Source of the DNA: Neoconidiobolus thromboides FSU 785
Lineage: Eukaryota > Fungi > Entomophthoromycota
DNA: 41,278 nucleotides
Assembly (NCBI GenBank): GCA_025603075.1
Contig: MU626430.1
Span: 1 to 41,278, forward strand
Direction of reading: 5' to 3'
The notes under the pieces are model-generated. The model saw nothing but the letters and a program-made list of their open reading frames with translations. It searched no databases and was not told the DNA's origin. Made by a program: the position numbers and the translations under genes. Positions 31,110-41,278 of this stretch are shown here, piece after piece (the stretch's first letter is position 1; each line of letters opens with the position of its first letter).

Positions 31110-32778
31110 ATGGTGTCACTACTGCATCAACCTATTATAGACTTACTATACGACTTAGACTATACTTTATTATTTTTTGTAATTATTATTTCATGGTTAT
31201 CTTTTATTGTTTACAACTTATATCTAAGCCCTTACAAACACATACCTGGACCTTTAATATCTAAAATTATACCTTTATATGACCTTTATTTTATGATTAA
31301 TGGTACTTTTCATATGCATCTCTCCAACTTACATAATATCTATGGTCCTGTGGTAAGGATAAGTAAGCATAGTCATTATTCTTTTTGACCTGAAATTTAT
31401 TAAAAACTCACTTTAGGCTTAGATAAAATAAGCATTAACGATGTTGATAGTTGGAAACAGATTCATAACAACTATAAATTTGAAAAGACTGATTTTTACA
31501 ATCATATGCGTACTGTAGGATGGTCCATGATTTCAATTAAAGATCGTAAGCAACACTCGTCAAGAAGAAGAACAGCTTCAAGAGCCTTTAGTGAAAATAA
31601 TATCCTAAAGTTGGAAGCTATTGTTATTGAATCTGGGGTCAATAAATTAGTAAATAAGCTTAAAGAATTAAATGGGAATGCAGTAGATATGTCTAAAGAA
31701 TTCATTTATTTAGCTTATGTAAAAAAAATTATAGTTCATAATTTTTATTAGTCTTAATACTATTTTTAATAGGACGTGATTGGCAAATTAGTGTTCAGTA
31801 AAGACTTCAATCTTTTAGGTGGTTCTTATCATACTATCCTAGATTGGATACGTAACTTAATGATTTTTGTGGTTTTAAACGCGGTGGTACCACCAGTAAG
31901 ATTGTTTGGCAATCCTTATTATAAAAATTTGGCTATTGTAATATGTTTTATTTGATATTAATAGCAATTACTGATATTGTCTAGATGGCTAAAGATTCTA
32001 TTTTACAGCGCAAGCAGATGATTGAAAATGGGGAAGAAATCCCTAATGATTTACTTAATTCTTTGATTCATGCTAAAGATCCAGTAACAGATGAACCTAT
32101 TTCTATGGTAGACCTTATGGAGGAGTGTGCTGAATTATTGTAATAACGATAGAATAACCTAAAATTAAATATTAAATAATTTTTTATAGATTAGCAGGTA
32201 GTGACACGACTGGACATACTTTAACTTGGGCTTTATATTTAATCCTCAAACACCCTGAAGTTAAAGTAAAATTAGAAAAGGAGATACGTCAAGTATTTCC
32301 CAGCACCAAAGATCCTTTAAGCTACAAAAAGATTATTCAAGACCTACCCTATTTTCAAAAAGTCTTGAAGGAGATCTTACGCTACTATCCAGTAGGCTCA
32401 CACCCAATGCTAAGAAAAGTTCCCCACGCAGTTACTTTAAATGGCTATTTTTTACCTGAAGATACAGAACTTTTTACCAATTGTTATGCCATGCATCATT
32501 CGGAAAGGTATTGGGATCAGCCCGAAAAGTTCAATCCAGATCGTTTTGACGATCGTAAAAATAACGATCTTAAAGCCTTCCTTCCTTTTTCCTCTGGTCC
32601 CCGATCTTGCATTGGACGCAATTTAGCTAACTTGGAGTTGTCACTTACTTTAGTAGCCCTCTTTTTAAACTTTGATATCTTGCTTAAGGATAAAAATGTA
32701 ATGCTTGAATCTATTGCTTACATTGTTTTACACCCAAAGGGTCATGCACCGCTCGATGTCATCTTTCAGCAACGTTAA
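31110..32778 (+). CDS. Cytochrome P450 (A); exons 31110-31362, 31417-31718, 31773-31937, 31985-32139, 32190-32778 (487 aa)
   Basis: N-terminal anchor, IPGP, I-helix AGSDTT, EILR (ExxR), PEKF and FSSGPRSCIG heme motif. Four GT-AG introns keep the frame. Confidence 0.92.
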
Positions 32779-34585
32779 GTTATTTAGTTTTTAATTTCTC
32801 TCAACCTTTATTTCTCTAGTTTTTTATTTAGATTTGTTTTTATTTGTTGACCAAATAAACTAATTAGTTTTTAATACATAATAAGTAGTTATTGACATTT
32901 TTTTGTTATATGTAAAGCTTTGGTGTACTTTTTAAAATAATAGATATCCTTTATACTACATATCTCTTTAATACACTTGCATAAAAAAATAATCTTCTAT
33001 CTCATGTTTGTCAATTATAAATTTTACTCATAACAATCGTATTAATTATGGGAACTGAGCACCTTTAACTAAAGTACTAAAATATAAAAATATAAAAACA
33101 CTGTATAAACTTGACAAGTTTTTAATTCTAGAAGTTACTTATGCCACATATAAACGCAAGTAGATGCTAACATAATGTTAAGCATCTTTATTACTGTTGT
33201 TTCTAATTGTAAAGGTCTAGATTTAGTAAAGTATATTGAAAACTAAGATTCGTAGAGAGGTATTGATAGTAACATAGACACAAAAGAATTACTATAGTGT
33301 CATTAAAGAATTACTATAGTTGTACATCTAGATTACTTTATTTATTATTTTTTTAAATCAAAAGTAAAAATATCTAATTTTATTATAATACATTTATGTC
33401 AAGTTTTAATTAAAATAGTGAGAATATTCGCTGATATTAAAAACAATTTTATTATGCAACAATAAAAGTATTTATAGACTACTACTATAGTTTCATAACT
33501 CCAACTTTATAAAGACAAAAACTATATTTTAAAACATATTAACGCAATATATTGGTTATAATAGTTAATTTGTTTTGATTTCTTATTTCTTATTTCTTAT
33601 TACTGTAGTTTAAGGATGTCAATTTAATTCAAACATTTCAAATTAAAGTTATTAAAACTTTATTCAAATTGTTTGACTAGCAAATTAGAACGATTCATAG
33701 CTAGACATCATAATATTTGTAAAATAAACTATATTAACATAAAAGAATGATATTAACAAAAAAATAACCACAAAGCTTAGTTTAAAACTTCACCCTATTT
33801 TCAACTGGAGTAAAAATACGCCTTATAAATTTAGCCAATAAAAATCCATTAAAACCATAAAAAGGTTAATCAAAAAGCAGTAAAAATACTTCAAAAAGCC
33901 ACGAGTTTAACTGTTTAAAAAAAGGAGAGAAAAAAAGAGTTAGCTAAATTGATAGTGAGGGGAGGAGAATTTTAGTTAAACTAAAAGCTGAAAAAAAGTG
34001 GAGTTGAAGAGAGAAGCGGGAAATTAAAAACAGAGTTAAATAAAAAGGAAGGTCGGGTTGTATTGAGTTTTCCCATAGATACCTTTCTTGTTTTTTTAAC
34101 CAAAGTAATGTTGTTTATGACCACTTAATAAATTTTCTTGAGTAAATAGATGAATGGCCTTAAAATTCTGATTTTTTAAAAAATTGGGCTTAATTTAAAA
34201 AGCTCTGGGTTATGATTTTGAAAATTAGACTTTTATTAAAAGTTCGAAGATTTGAATTAAATTTAGTCTAAGGATAAAAAATGCTCTTAACTTTTAAATT
34301 TAAATGCTATAAAACATAAAAGGTATTTACTCCGGTTGCCCGGTTTGATTTAGGACTGATAAAGGATCGTTTAATTTTATAATGAGGAATTCTCTACTTT
34401 TTATTGTCCTTTAAAAGTTTATGTAGCTTTAATAGTGTTATTTTAATCAACTGAATTTTTTTAAACATATCTTTATATTACATTGAGTAGCACAAATTTT
34501 ATTTACAAAATTATATTACAAGATTAAAGTATAGACTAGATAATTCATCAGAGATGAATGAGAAAATCATGAAATAAGACTAAGC

Positions 34586-36247
34586 TTATTTTTCGGTAAA
34601 AGAAACCCAAAAGGGTTGATGACCTTTAGGGTGAAGGACAATATGGCAGGCGGGGGTTAAATCTTCCTTATTAACTAAAGTGATATTAAACTTATGAAAT
34701 AAGTTAACCAGGGTAAGCATCATTTCCAGATTAGCTAAATTTCTTCCTACACAACCACGTGGACCAGAAGAAAAGGGTAGATAAGCACTCAAATCATTTT
34801 CTTTAGGATTATTAAAACGTTCTGGGTCAAACTTTTCAGGATCTTTCCAATAGTTTTCATTATGGTGGATAGCATAACAATTGGTGATAACCTCATAGTT
34901 CCCTGGGATATAAATATCTTTGATGGTAACCCCTTCCTTTGGTACACTGCGTAACATTGGATGGGAAGCTACTGGATAATAGCGCATACATTCTTTTAAG
35001 ACTAATTGGAAGTATGGGAGATTCTTTTGGATTTCTTTATACTTGATTGTCTTTGTTTTATCTGGGAATTGAGCAGTGATTTCATTCTCCATCTTGATTT
35101 TAGCCTCACTGTTCTTTAATATCAAATATAAACACCAAGTTAATGAATTTCCAGTAGTGTCACTCCCTCCCAATCTATCAATTATAAGTATTTTGATTTA
35201 CTAGAAAACAAAAAATGAAATTACAATAATTCAGCACATTCCTCCATAAGGTCTAACATAGGTATATGTTCGTCCGTTACTGGATCTTTAGCATGAACTA
35301 AAGAGTTGAGTAAGTCAGTAGGAGCTTCTTCACCGTTTTCAATCATCTGTCTACGTTGTAAAATAGCGTCCTTGGCCATCTAAAATTGAAGATTTAGTAC
35401 AAGATGACAGACTCTTACATGACAAACTTACATAAGCTAGCTTTCGATAGTATGGGTTTCCAATCAATCTTATTGGTGGTAAAACTGCATTCAAGACCAC
35501 AAAAATCAATAAGCTACGTATCCATATCAAGATATCATGGTTATAGCCATCCAATAAATTAAAGTCTTTGCTGAACACTAATTTTCCAATTACATCCTAT
35601 TAAATAGTGGTTTTAATATTAATAGAAGTAACTTTATCAAAACACTTACATAAGCCAAATACAGAAACTCTTTAGACATGTCTACAATTTTTCCGTTTGA
35701 TTTTTTGAGTTTATTGACCAACTTACTGATCCCACTTTGAATTACAGTAGCTTCCAAATTTAATATATTGCTTTCACTAAATGCTTTAGCCACTGTTCTT
35801 CTTCTCCCAGAATGTTGATTACGATCTTTGATCGAGATCATTGACCAACCCACAGTGCGCATATGGTCGTAAAAACTAGTTTTTGAAAACTTGTAATTGT
35901 TATGGATCTGCTTCCATGCTTCTGGGTCATTGATGCAAATGCGATCAAATCCTAAAGTAAGGTTAGATATTTGTTAGATAGTTGATAGTAATGCGTTTAC
36001 CTAAACGTACTACCGGGCCATAGCGATGGTGTAAACCAGTAACATACACATGAAAATCACCACGGATCATGTAATATAAGTCAGTAAAAGGGTTCAATTG
36101 ACTGGCTAATGGTCCGGGTATATGCGCGCAAGGGGAGAAGTATAAATTATATATGACCAAACAGAGCCATAAGCAAATAAAGAAACAAAGATAGTTCCAA
36201 TAAGATAAACTTAAAAGTATAGATTTGAATTGAATCAAAGTAATCAT
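34586..36247 (-). CDS. Cytochrome P450 (B); exons 36247-36001, 35951-35650, 35596-35432, 35379-35225, 35174-34586 (485 aa)
   Basis: GGSDTT, ECMR, PEKF and FSSGPRGCVG motifs. Intron positions match gene A. Confidence 0.92.
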
Positions 36248-38044
36248 GATATGTTAAAAAATAAAACTTTTGGATTCTATTTTTTTGTGTATTTATATGT
36301 ATCTTTATTAATCATGCTATCCTCCTTTTAAGTCTTATTTATTTATTAACACCAGATTAACTCAGCTAAGATATACCGGTTATTAATATTAATAATAGTT
36401 ATCCAACCCTTGAGTTTTTAATTATTTATTAATAAGCTTCTCCCTTAAGTTAACCTGTAGTTATTTTTATCTTTTTTGGGAAACTTGATCTATTTTAAGT
36501 TAATTTTTTTTATCTTTGATTACTTTTTTTTAATTTGTATATATTAATAGTGCTTATTTGTTTTGTTTTTTTAATTAATTATTGTTATTAATTATGTTTA
36601 AATAACATAAATAGTTATCTATCATTTAACATCGAAACATTAAATATGTTTCTAATATACATTTATTTATTTCTCCCCCAAACCCGAGAAATAAACCCGG
36701 TTTAATATAAAATAAAAAAAGGCAACTTTCATTTCTTTCTCGCTATTTCCCCCCTTTAATTGGCAAGTGGATATTACCCCAATCAGTCCAAGTGAGCCAG
36801 TCTATTATTTGGTTGCTAATAAAATCAAATTTTTAAATGCCTTATAAATATTTGAAATTTATTTTAGCTCCATCCAACTGAAAAAAGTTGTTCCTTTTTT
36901 TAACTCCTTTCAGTTAATTTTTATTCCTTCTTTCAGTACTTAGTTTGAGGATTGTTTTTGATTGTTTACTAATATATATGTTAGGTTTAATACAATTAAA
37001 GTTACTATAAAGTATCGTTGCTTTAATATAAAAGTAGCTCTGCTCAATGATTTAATTTAGTTAAAAATCTCAGTAATAAGATATTCTTTGAAGAAACAAT
37101 GGAGTTTAATTTCATTTTACTGTCTAAATTATTTAATATTTTATTATGAATTTTTTATGTCTTTTGGACATGAATGAGTAAGTGTTTTGTATATTATTGT
37201 AAGTGATACGTTCAATAATTAGAAATTATTTATTTTGATATCTTACTATCTATCCATATAGTTTTAGTTTAAATTAGTTCATTAAAATCTAATCAGTTAT
37301 GTTTGAGGCAAAATTATATTAAATACCGGGCTAACTTTACAGGTTCAAAGCTTAGCTGGCTAAATGTCATCCTTTTATTGAGTATTAATTTATATAATTG
37401 ATCTCAGTATATTCTGATTTTTAATTAAAAACCCAGTGTTTTAAAAAGAATGATATATTTATATTACTGCAATTTAATCACTTTTACTAAGTTTAAAAAA
37501 CTTTATATATGCTGCTATCTTGATAATGTTTTAATATAGTTTTGCCTTTAAAAAATGTTTAAAAAACCTATGGTTATTTTTTTATTTTTTATGTATAATG
37601 TATTAAACTCTGATATTTGTTACTTTTTAAAGAGCACTTGAGAAAATTCCTAGGTAGGCTATTAACAATATAAGATCTGATAATTTATCCAAAGCAGACA
37701 GGTCAATTTTCGAAAGCCCCATATCCTTATCTATTAATAAACATCCATACCATAGTCCCAGGAAATTTATTGATTTAAGTGATCTTATGTGCAAAAAAAG
37801 TGCTACTAGAAATTCTGAGCTCTTTTAAAAATGAGAGCTTTGTCTAGAATGAATAGTCCACAATACCAAAGAACAAGTGTTAATGGCAAGGCTTAAAAAT
37901 ATAAAATTTACCAAAAATAATCAAATGAAACTAACTTTTTTATGGCAGCTATTATAAAAAAGCTATCAAACGAATAGCATTAAGATAATAAAATATTATA
38001 ATTATGAAAATTTTGCATCATGAAGAGTTAAATCTGAATAATAT

Positions 38045-38142
38045 GAGGATACATTTTTTGTTTAAAAATTTTACTGACAATTTTTCTGCTCAAATAGCGC
38101 TTAAAAAACCGAAAAAGTGAAGAAATCAAAAAAAATATCCGC
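38045..38142 (-). mobile_element. MITE copy 11
   Basis: GAGGATAC...ATATCCGC flanked by ATAT/ATAT. Confidence 0.87.
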
Positions 38143-38229
38143 ATATATCTGTCAACAATAATGTTAGTTTAAAATAAGCTATTACGATTATAACTTAATA
38201 AATTTAAGATAGGTAATATTTCAAAAACC

Positions 38230-38260
38230 AATAAACTAATAAACTAATAAACTAATAAAC
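38230..38260. repeat. Tandem repeat (AATAAACT)x~4
   Basis: Seen directly. Confidence 0.8.
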
Positions 38261-39465
38261 ATAGACTTAGCTTTTCCCAATGGTATTTATCTTTTACATT
38301 AGTACTATAATCTTTTTGCCCCTTAGCTAGTTATTTCAAATAGAAATATTGATGTGAACATACATTCTTGAAGTTTCTCAGATCAATTTTGCATCCCATA
38401 AACAGTTTTTTAATTCGTTGAATTATACCGATTTTTCTTTTTAACCTAAGACTTCTTATCTATTAACATCATTAATGTAACAAAAATATAGTTTATTCAA
38501 GCTTTTTAGTATATAGCTGATTTTATATCAGTTTCTAAGGTCAATGATCAATATTACTTTAGGCTTAAAAGTGTAAATTGATTAACCAAGTTTACAAAAA
38601 TAAATTATTGTAAAGATTATAACTTGTTTTAACCTATACGATTAAAAGGTTGATTGAAGTTTTTAATAATAGCTAGGTTCTAGGTTTATTTAACTTGCCT
38701 ACTTTGTTAAAATTATAGACTAATCTTGCTTACACATTTGATAGTTTACACTTATAACTATTCATATATAGTTATCTATCATCTCATAAAAATTGGTTAA
38801 AAGGATAGCCAATATTTAGTGAATTTCATATTATTAACATTAAAGGAAAGTTCCATTTAACATTTATATGGTAAAAAAATCAATTTAAACTTTGGCTTCA
38901 TTTTACTTACTGCTGTTCTAACTCTTTTGCGACTTCTTTAGTAGGAGTTTTTATAATTAAATTAGTTACACAGCTAATATTTTAAATGGCGATTTCGTTT
39001 TTTATCCAAATTTCAATCTTTTCTTCCCTCAAATGAACAAACAATTAAGTCCCAAAAGAATTGTAAAAGCAATATCCCTTAAATTTCCCTTGCTATTTTT
39101 ATTCTTGGCAGCAACTCCAAAATTTTAATCTAAAGTAAAATTAAGTTTTTATCAAATCCATGATACAGGAAATAAACTATGCTTTTTGATGTAAAAAATA
39201 ATAACAAACTTGAATTTCATTAATTTTGATGTTGGAAGTTATGTTCTCTTTATCTTTGTGACAAGTCTAAGATAACAAAATGCCATAAATATTACTAAAA
39301 TCTATTAATTTATATTGAGTAACCAAAAAACTAGATCCTATTACTAAATAAAGTAGTTACAAATTATTTTTATTTAAGCCAAAAGTAAAAAGAACATATC
39401 AAAAAGTATAAAAACTATAAGAAGGCAATACTTGAATATTTAAAAAATATATTTTTTATTGGAAG

Positions 39466-40383
39466 ATGATTAACGAAAACGAAATTACATATTTATGTAG
39501 TACAATAGCTTTTTTTAGTTTTATAGCCAACATCCTACTAATTTATTTAACTACACGAATCCGTCCATTTAGTCGAGATCTTCAATTGATTATCACTATT
39601 GCAATTATTGAGCTAATGTCGCCGCTTATCTCACTCGTAGATCCTATATTGACAACAATTCGAGGCGATGATTCTGTAAATGATCCAACCCTATGCCAAT
39701 TTTTCGGCTTTTTTACTGTGCTATTAGTGCATTCCCAAATCATAGTCTCAACTTTTTTAGCGATGGAAAGAGTCAATAAGATGTTCAAGTGGAACTATTC
39801 AGTAAAGTGGTTTATACCTAGTATGGTGTCACTTATTTTGAACCTCGTATTACTGATTATTTTATGTGTTAAGAATGAGTTGATGTCCCAAGTAGCTAAA
39901 TTAGTATGTTTGGTTTATCCTAGCCAATCTTTGTTATCACAGATCACCTTTTATCACTTTTTAATATCCTGTGTTATTCATCTGGCAGTCATTATTTACT
40001 GTTACAGTAAGTTAGCGATGATAACAAATAAAATACCAGCTTTTATTAACTTGGATCCAACCGGGAGAAACGATAAAAATGTAGGATTTAAAACTCCATG
40101 GAATAGAAGAAGTGTGTCATTAAAAGTATATTTGGTTTTAGCCTTATACTCGATCAACATGTTTTTTGGTAATGCTATGTATCTCATTGATACTATTTTA
40201 GTTGCATATCATAGCGACAATACTAAACCACAGCAATTTGCTATTGGAACAACTGGTTCGGTGCTCTTCACCTTTGGGTTTTTCTTTAATTCAGTATTAG
40301 TTATGACTAGTCACACAGGGGTCAATCACCAGCTTAAGTTATTAGTCAAGAGTGTAAAAGATAAATTTAAACGAAACTTGTGA
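39466..40383 (+). CDS. Seven-TM receptor-like protein with class A (rhodopsin-like) features, 305 aa
   Basis: Seven hydrophobic segments. Asn in TM1 (ANIL), acidic residue in TM2, Cys at the top of TM3 (LCQF) with a second Cys in ECL2 (LVCL), MERV at the end of TM3, NS in TM7. Confidence 0.8.
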   Translation: MINENEITYLCSTIAFFSFIANILLIYLTTRIRPFSRDLQLIITIAIIELMSPLISLVDPILTTIRGDDSVNDPTLCQFFGFFTVLLVHSQIIVSTFLAMERVNKMFKWNYSVKWFIPSMVSLILNLVLLIILCVKNELMSQVAKLVCLVYPSQSLLSQITFYHFLISCVIHLAVIIYCYSKLAMITNKIPAFINLDPTGRNDKNVGFKTPWNRRSVSLKVYLVLALYSINMFFGNAMYLIDTILVAYHSDNTKPQQFAIGTTGSVLFTFGFFFNSVLVMTSHTGVNHQLKLLVKSVKDKFKRNL

Positions 40384-40859
40384 AATGGACAGTGAGAGTT
40401 CAAGGTAAAGGCCTATTTTCGTATATTCCTTTTTTTAAAATAAATTGAAAACATGTTATTAAAGTTACAAATGCTAGCTTGTTTTGTTTTAGACACGCAT
40501 TGCATCAAGTAGCTAACACATTAGAAAATTCAAGTGTGCGAAAAACACAAAAACCAGTTAAACTAATTTTTTTTAAATATGTATAAAACCAAGGCTTAAC
40601 AAAACTATTACATAAAGTAAAAGAACACTAAATTCTTTTCAATCTTTTGTTCATTTAATATAAATGATAAAAAGACCAACTATAAGTTTAATCTTAAAAA
40701 GCTTAAAAAGAGAAAGATTAATAAAGAGAAAGTTCAGATCTACTATATGATACAAGTTTATATATATAAGCAAAGAGCATATAAGCACATAAATAACAAG
40801 TAACGGTACATAAAATTGAGAAGATTTTGAGAAAAATGAAATGGTATAAAATATTATAT

Positions 40860-40952
40860 GGGAATGTATTTTTTAAGAATTTTACTAACAACCTTTTCAC
40901 TTAAAATAGTGCTTAAAAAATGTAAAAGTAACAAAATCAAAAAAACATCCCC
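40860..40952 (-). mobile_element. MITE copy 12
   Basis: GGGAATGT...ACATCCCC flanked by ATAT/ATAG. Confidence 0.87.
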
Positions 40953-41108
40953 ATAGAATACAAATACTAAAATAAGATAAATGAAAATGATAAAATAGAT
41001 ACTTTAAAATAACTTAAATAATATGAATAGCCGAATATTGAAATTAAATAAATTTTATTGTAAAAAATAGAAAAGAATGTCGAATCCTTTTCAATATTTA
41101 ATACTCGT

Positions 41109-41278
41109 TTAATAATATTCATTTTCATAATCTTCTTCTTCTTCTTCATAGTCTCCATAAGGATTTTTCTTCTTTGGTTTCTTTTCTTTTGGATTCTTTT
41201 CCTTTGGGTTCTTTTCCTTAGGATTCTTATATGGTTCATGCTTTGGCTCTTTTTCCTTAGGATTCTTATATGGTTCAT
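41109..41278 (-). CDS. 3' end of a Lys/Pro/Glu-rich repeat protein, truncated by the window edge
   Basis: Frame reading (H)EPYKNPKEKEPKHEPYKNPKEKNPKEKNPKEKKPKKKNPYGDYEEEEEDYENEYY* with TAA at 41111-41109. It has a 39-nt repeat unit then 15-nt units, with variation at third codon positions. Confidence 0.6.
   Translation of the reverse strand, partial: EPYKNPKEKEPKHEPYKNPKEKNPKEKNPKEKKPKKKNPYGDYEEEEEDYENEYY

Noticed and set aside
33780-34400. Purine-rich, slightly GC-richer stretch between the P450s (possible solo LTR or transposon relic)
   Set aside because: No TG...CA ends, TSD, PBS/PPT pair or second copy could be identified.
37640-37800. IRSDN (integrase-like) and NFLGLW/YLGI (RT-like) words
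   Set aside because: Isolated 4-6 aa matches on opposite strands with no supporting domain context.
6173-40187. Overlapping or antisense ORFs 6173, 9397, 9811, 10863, 16322, 21970, 31502, 32441, 35351, 39582 and 40002
   Set aside because: Shadows of well-supported genes, with no independent motifs.
17316-40900. Short ORFs 17316, 17457, 27501, 40718 and 24080
   Set aside because: They run through or up to MITE copies, pseudogene sequence or extremely AT-rich DNA, and have no recognisable product.
173-40952. TA TSD (Tc1/mariner) reading of the MITE ends (TA-TGGGG...CCCCA-TA)
   Set aside because: It fits only the ATAT-flanked copies and fails for the ATTT, AAAT, ATAA and AGCT copies.
173-40952. 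CRISPR array or SINE interpretation of the dispersed repeat
   Set aside because: Copies are dispersed in both orientations with no spacers, have TIRs, and lack Pol III A/B boxes and poly(A) tails. The context is eukaryotic.
40967-41278. ORF-track protein MNHIRILRKK...
   Set aside because: Wrong frame of the repeat protein ending at 41109. Its 3' part is low-complexity UTR-like sequence.

Overview
Very AT-rich eukaryotic DNA, most likely an early-diverging fungus (Entomophthorales/Conidiobolus-like is an inference from gene content and from 17 short GT-AG introns of 45-61 nt). It contains four tRNA genes (Asp-GTC, Leu-AAG, Glu-TTC, Ser-AGA). Protein genes: two kelch-propeller type I membrane proteins plus decayed relatives, a spliced GH16 glucanase, a Gly/Ser/Thr-rich secreted protein, a spliced mitochondrial EngB/YihA GTPase and its pseudogene copy, and a divergent pair of small Cys-containing secretory proteins. 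Also present: a 5-exon ATP synthase subunit h gene missed by the ORF track, a protein kinase-SEL1-CaaX gene, a convergent P450 pair, a class A-like 7TM receptor and the 3' end of a repetitive protein. The main unexplained structure is a ~90-100 bp non-autonomous terminal-inverted-repeat element (MITE). It has 12 clear copies plus one relic and makes 4-bp target-site duplications (mostly A-N-N-T). It is over-represented next to tRNA genes and interrupts two pseudogenes. The second highlight is a paralog pair in which one stop codon removed an ER-retention (xDEL) signal. All coordinates and alignments were done by eye; no database searches were run.
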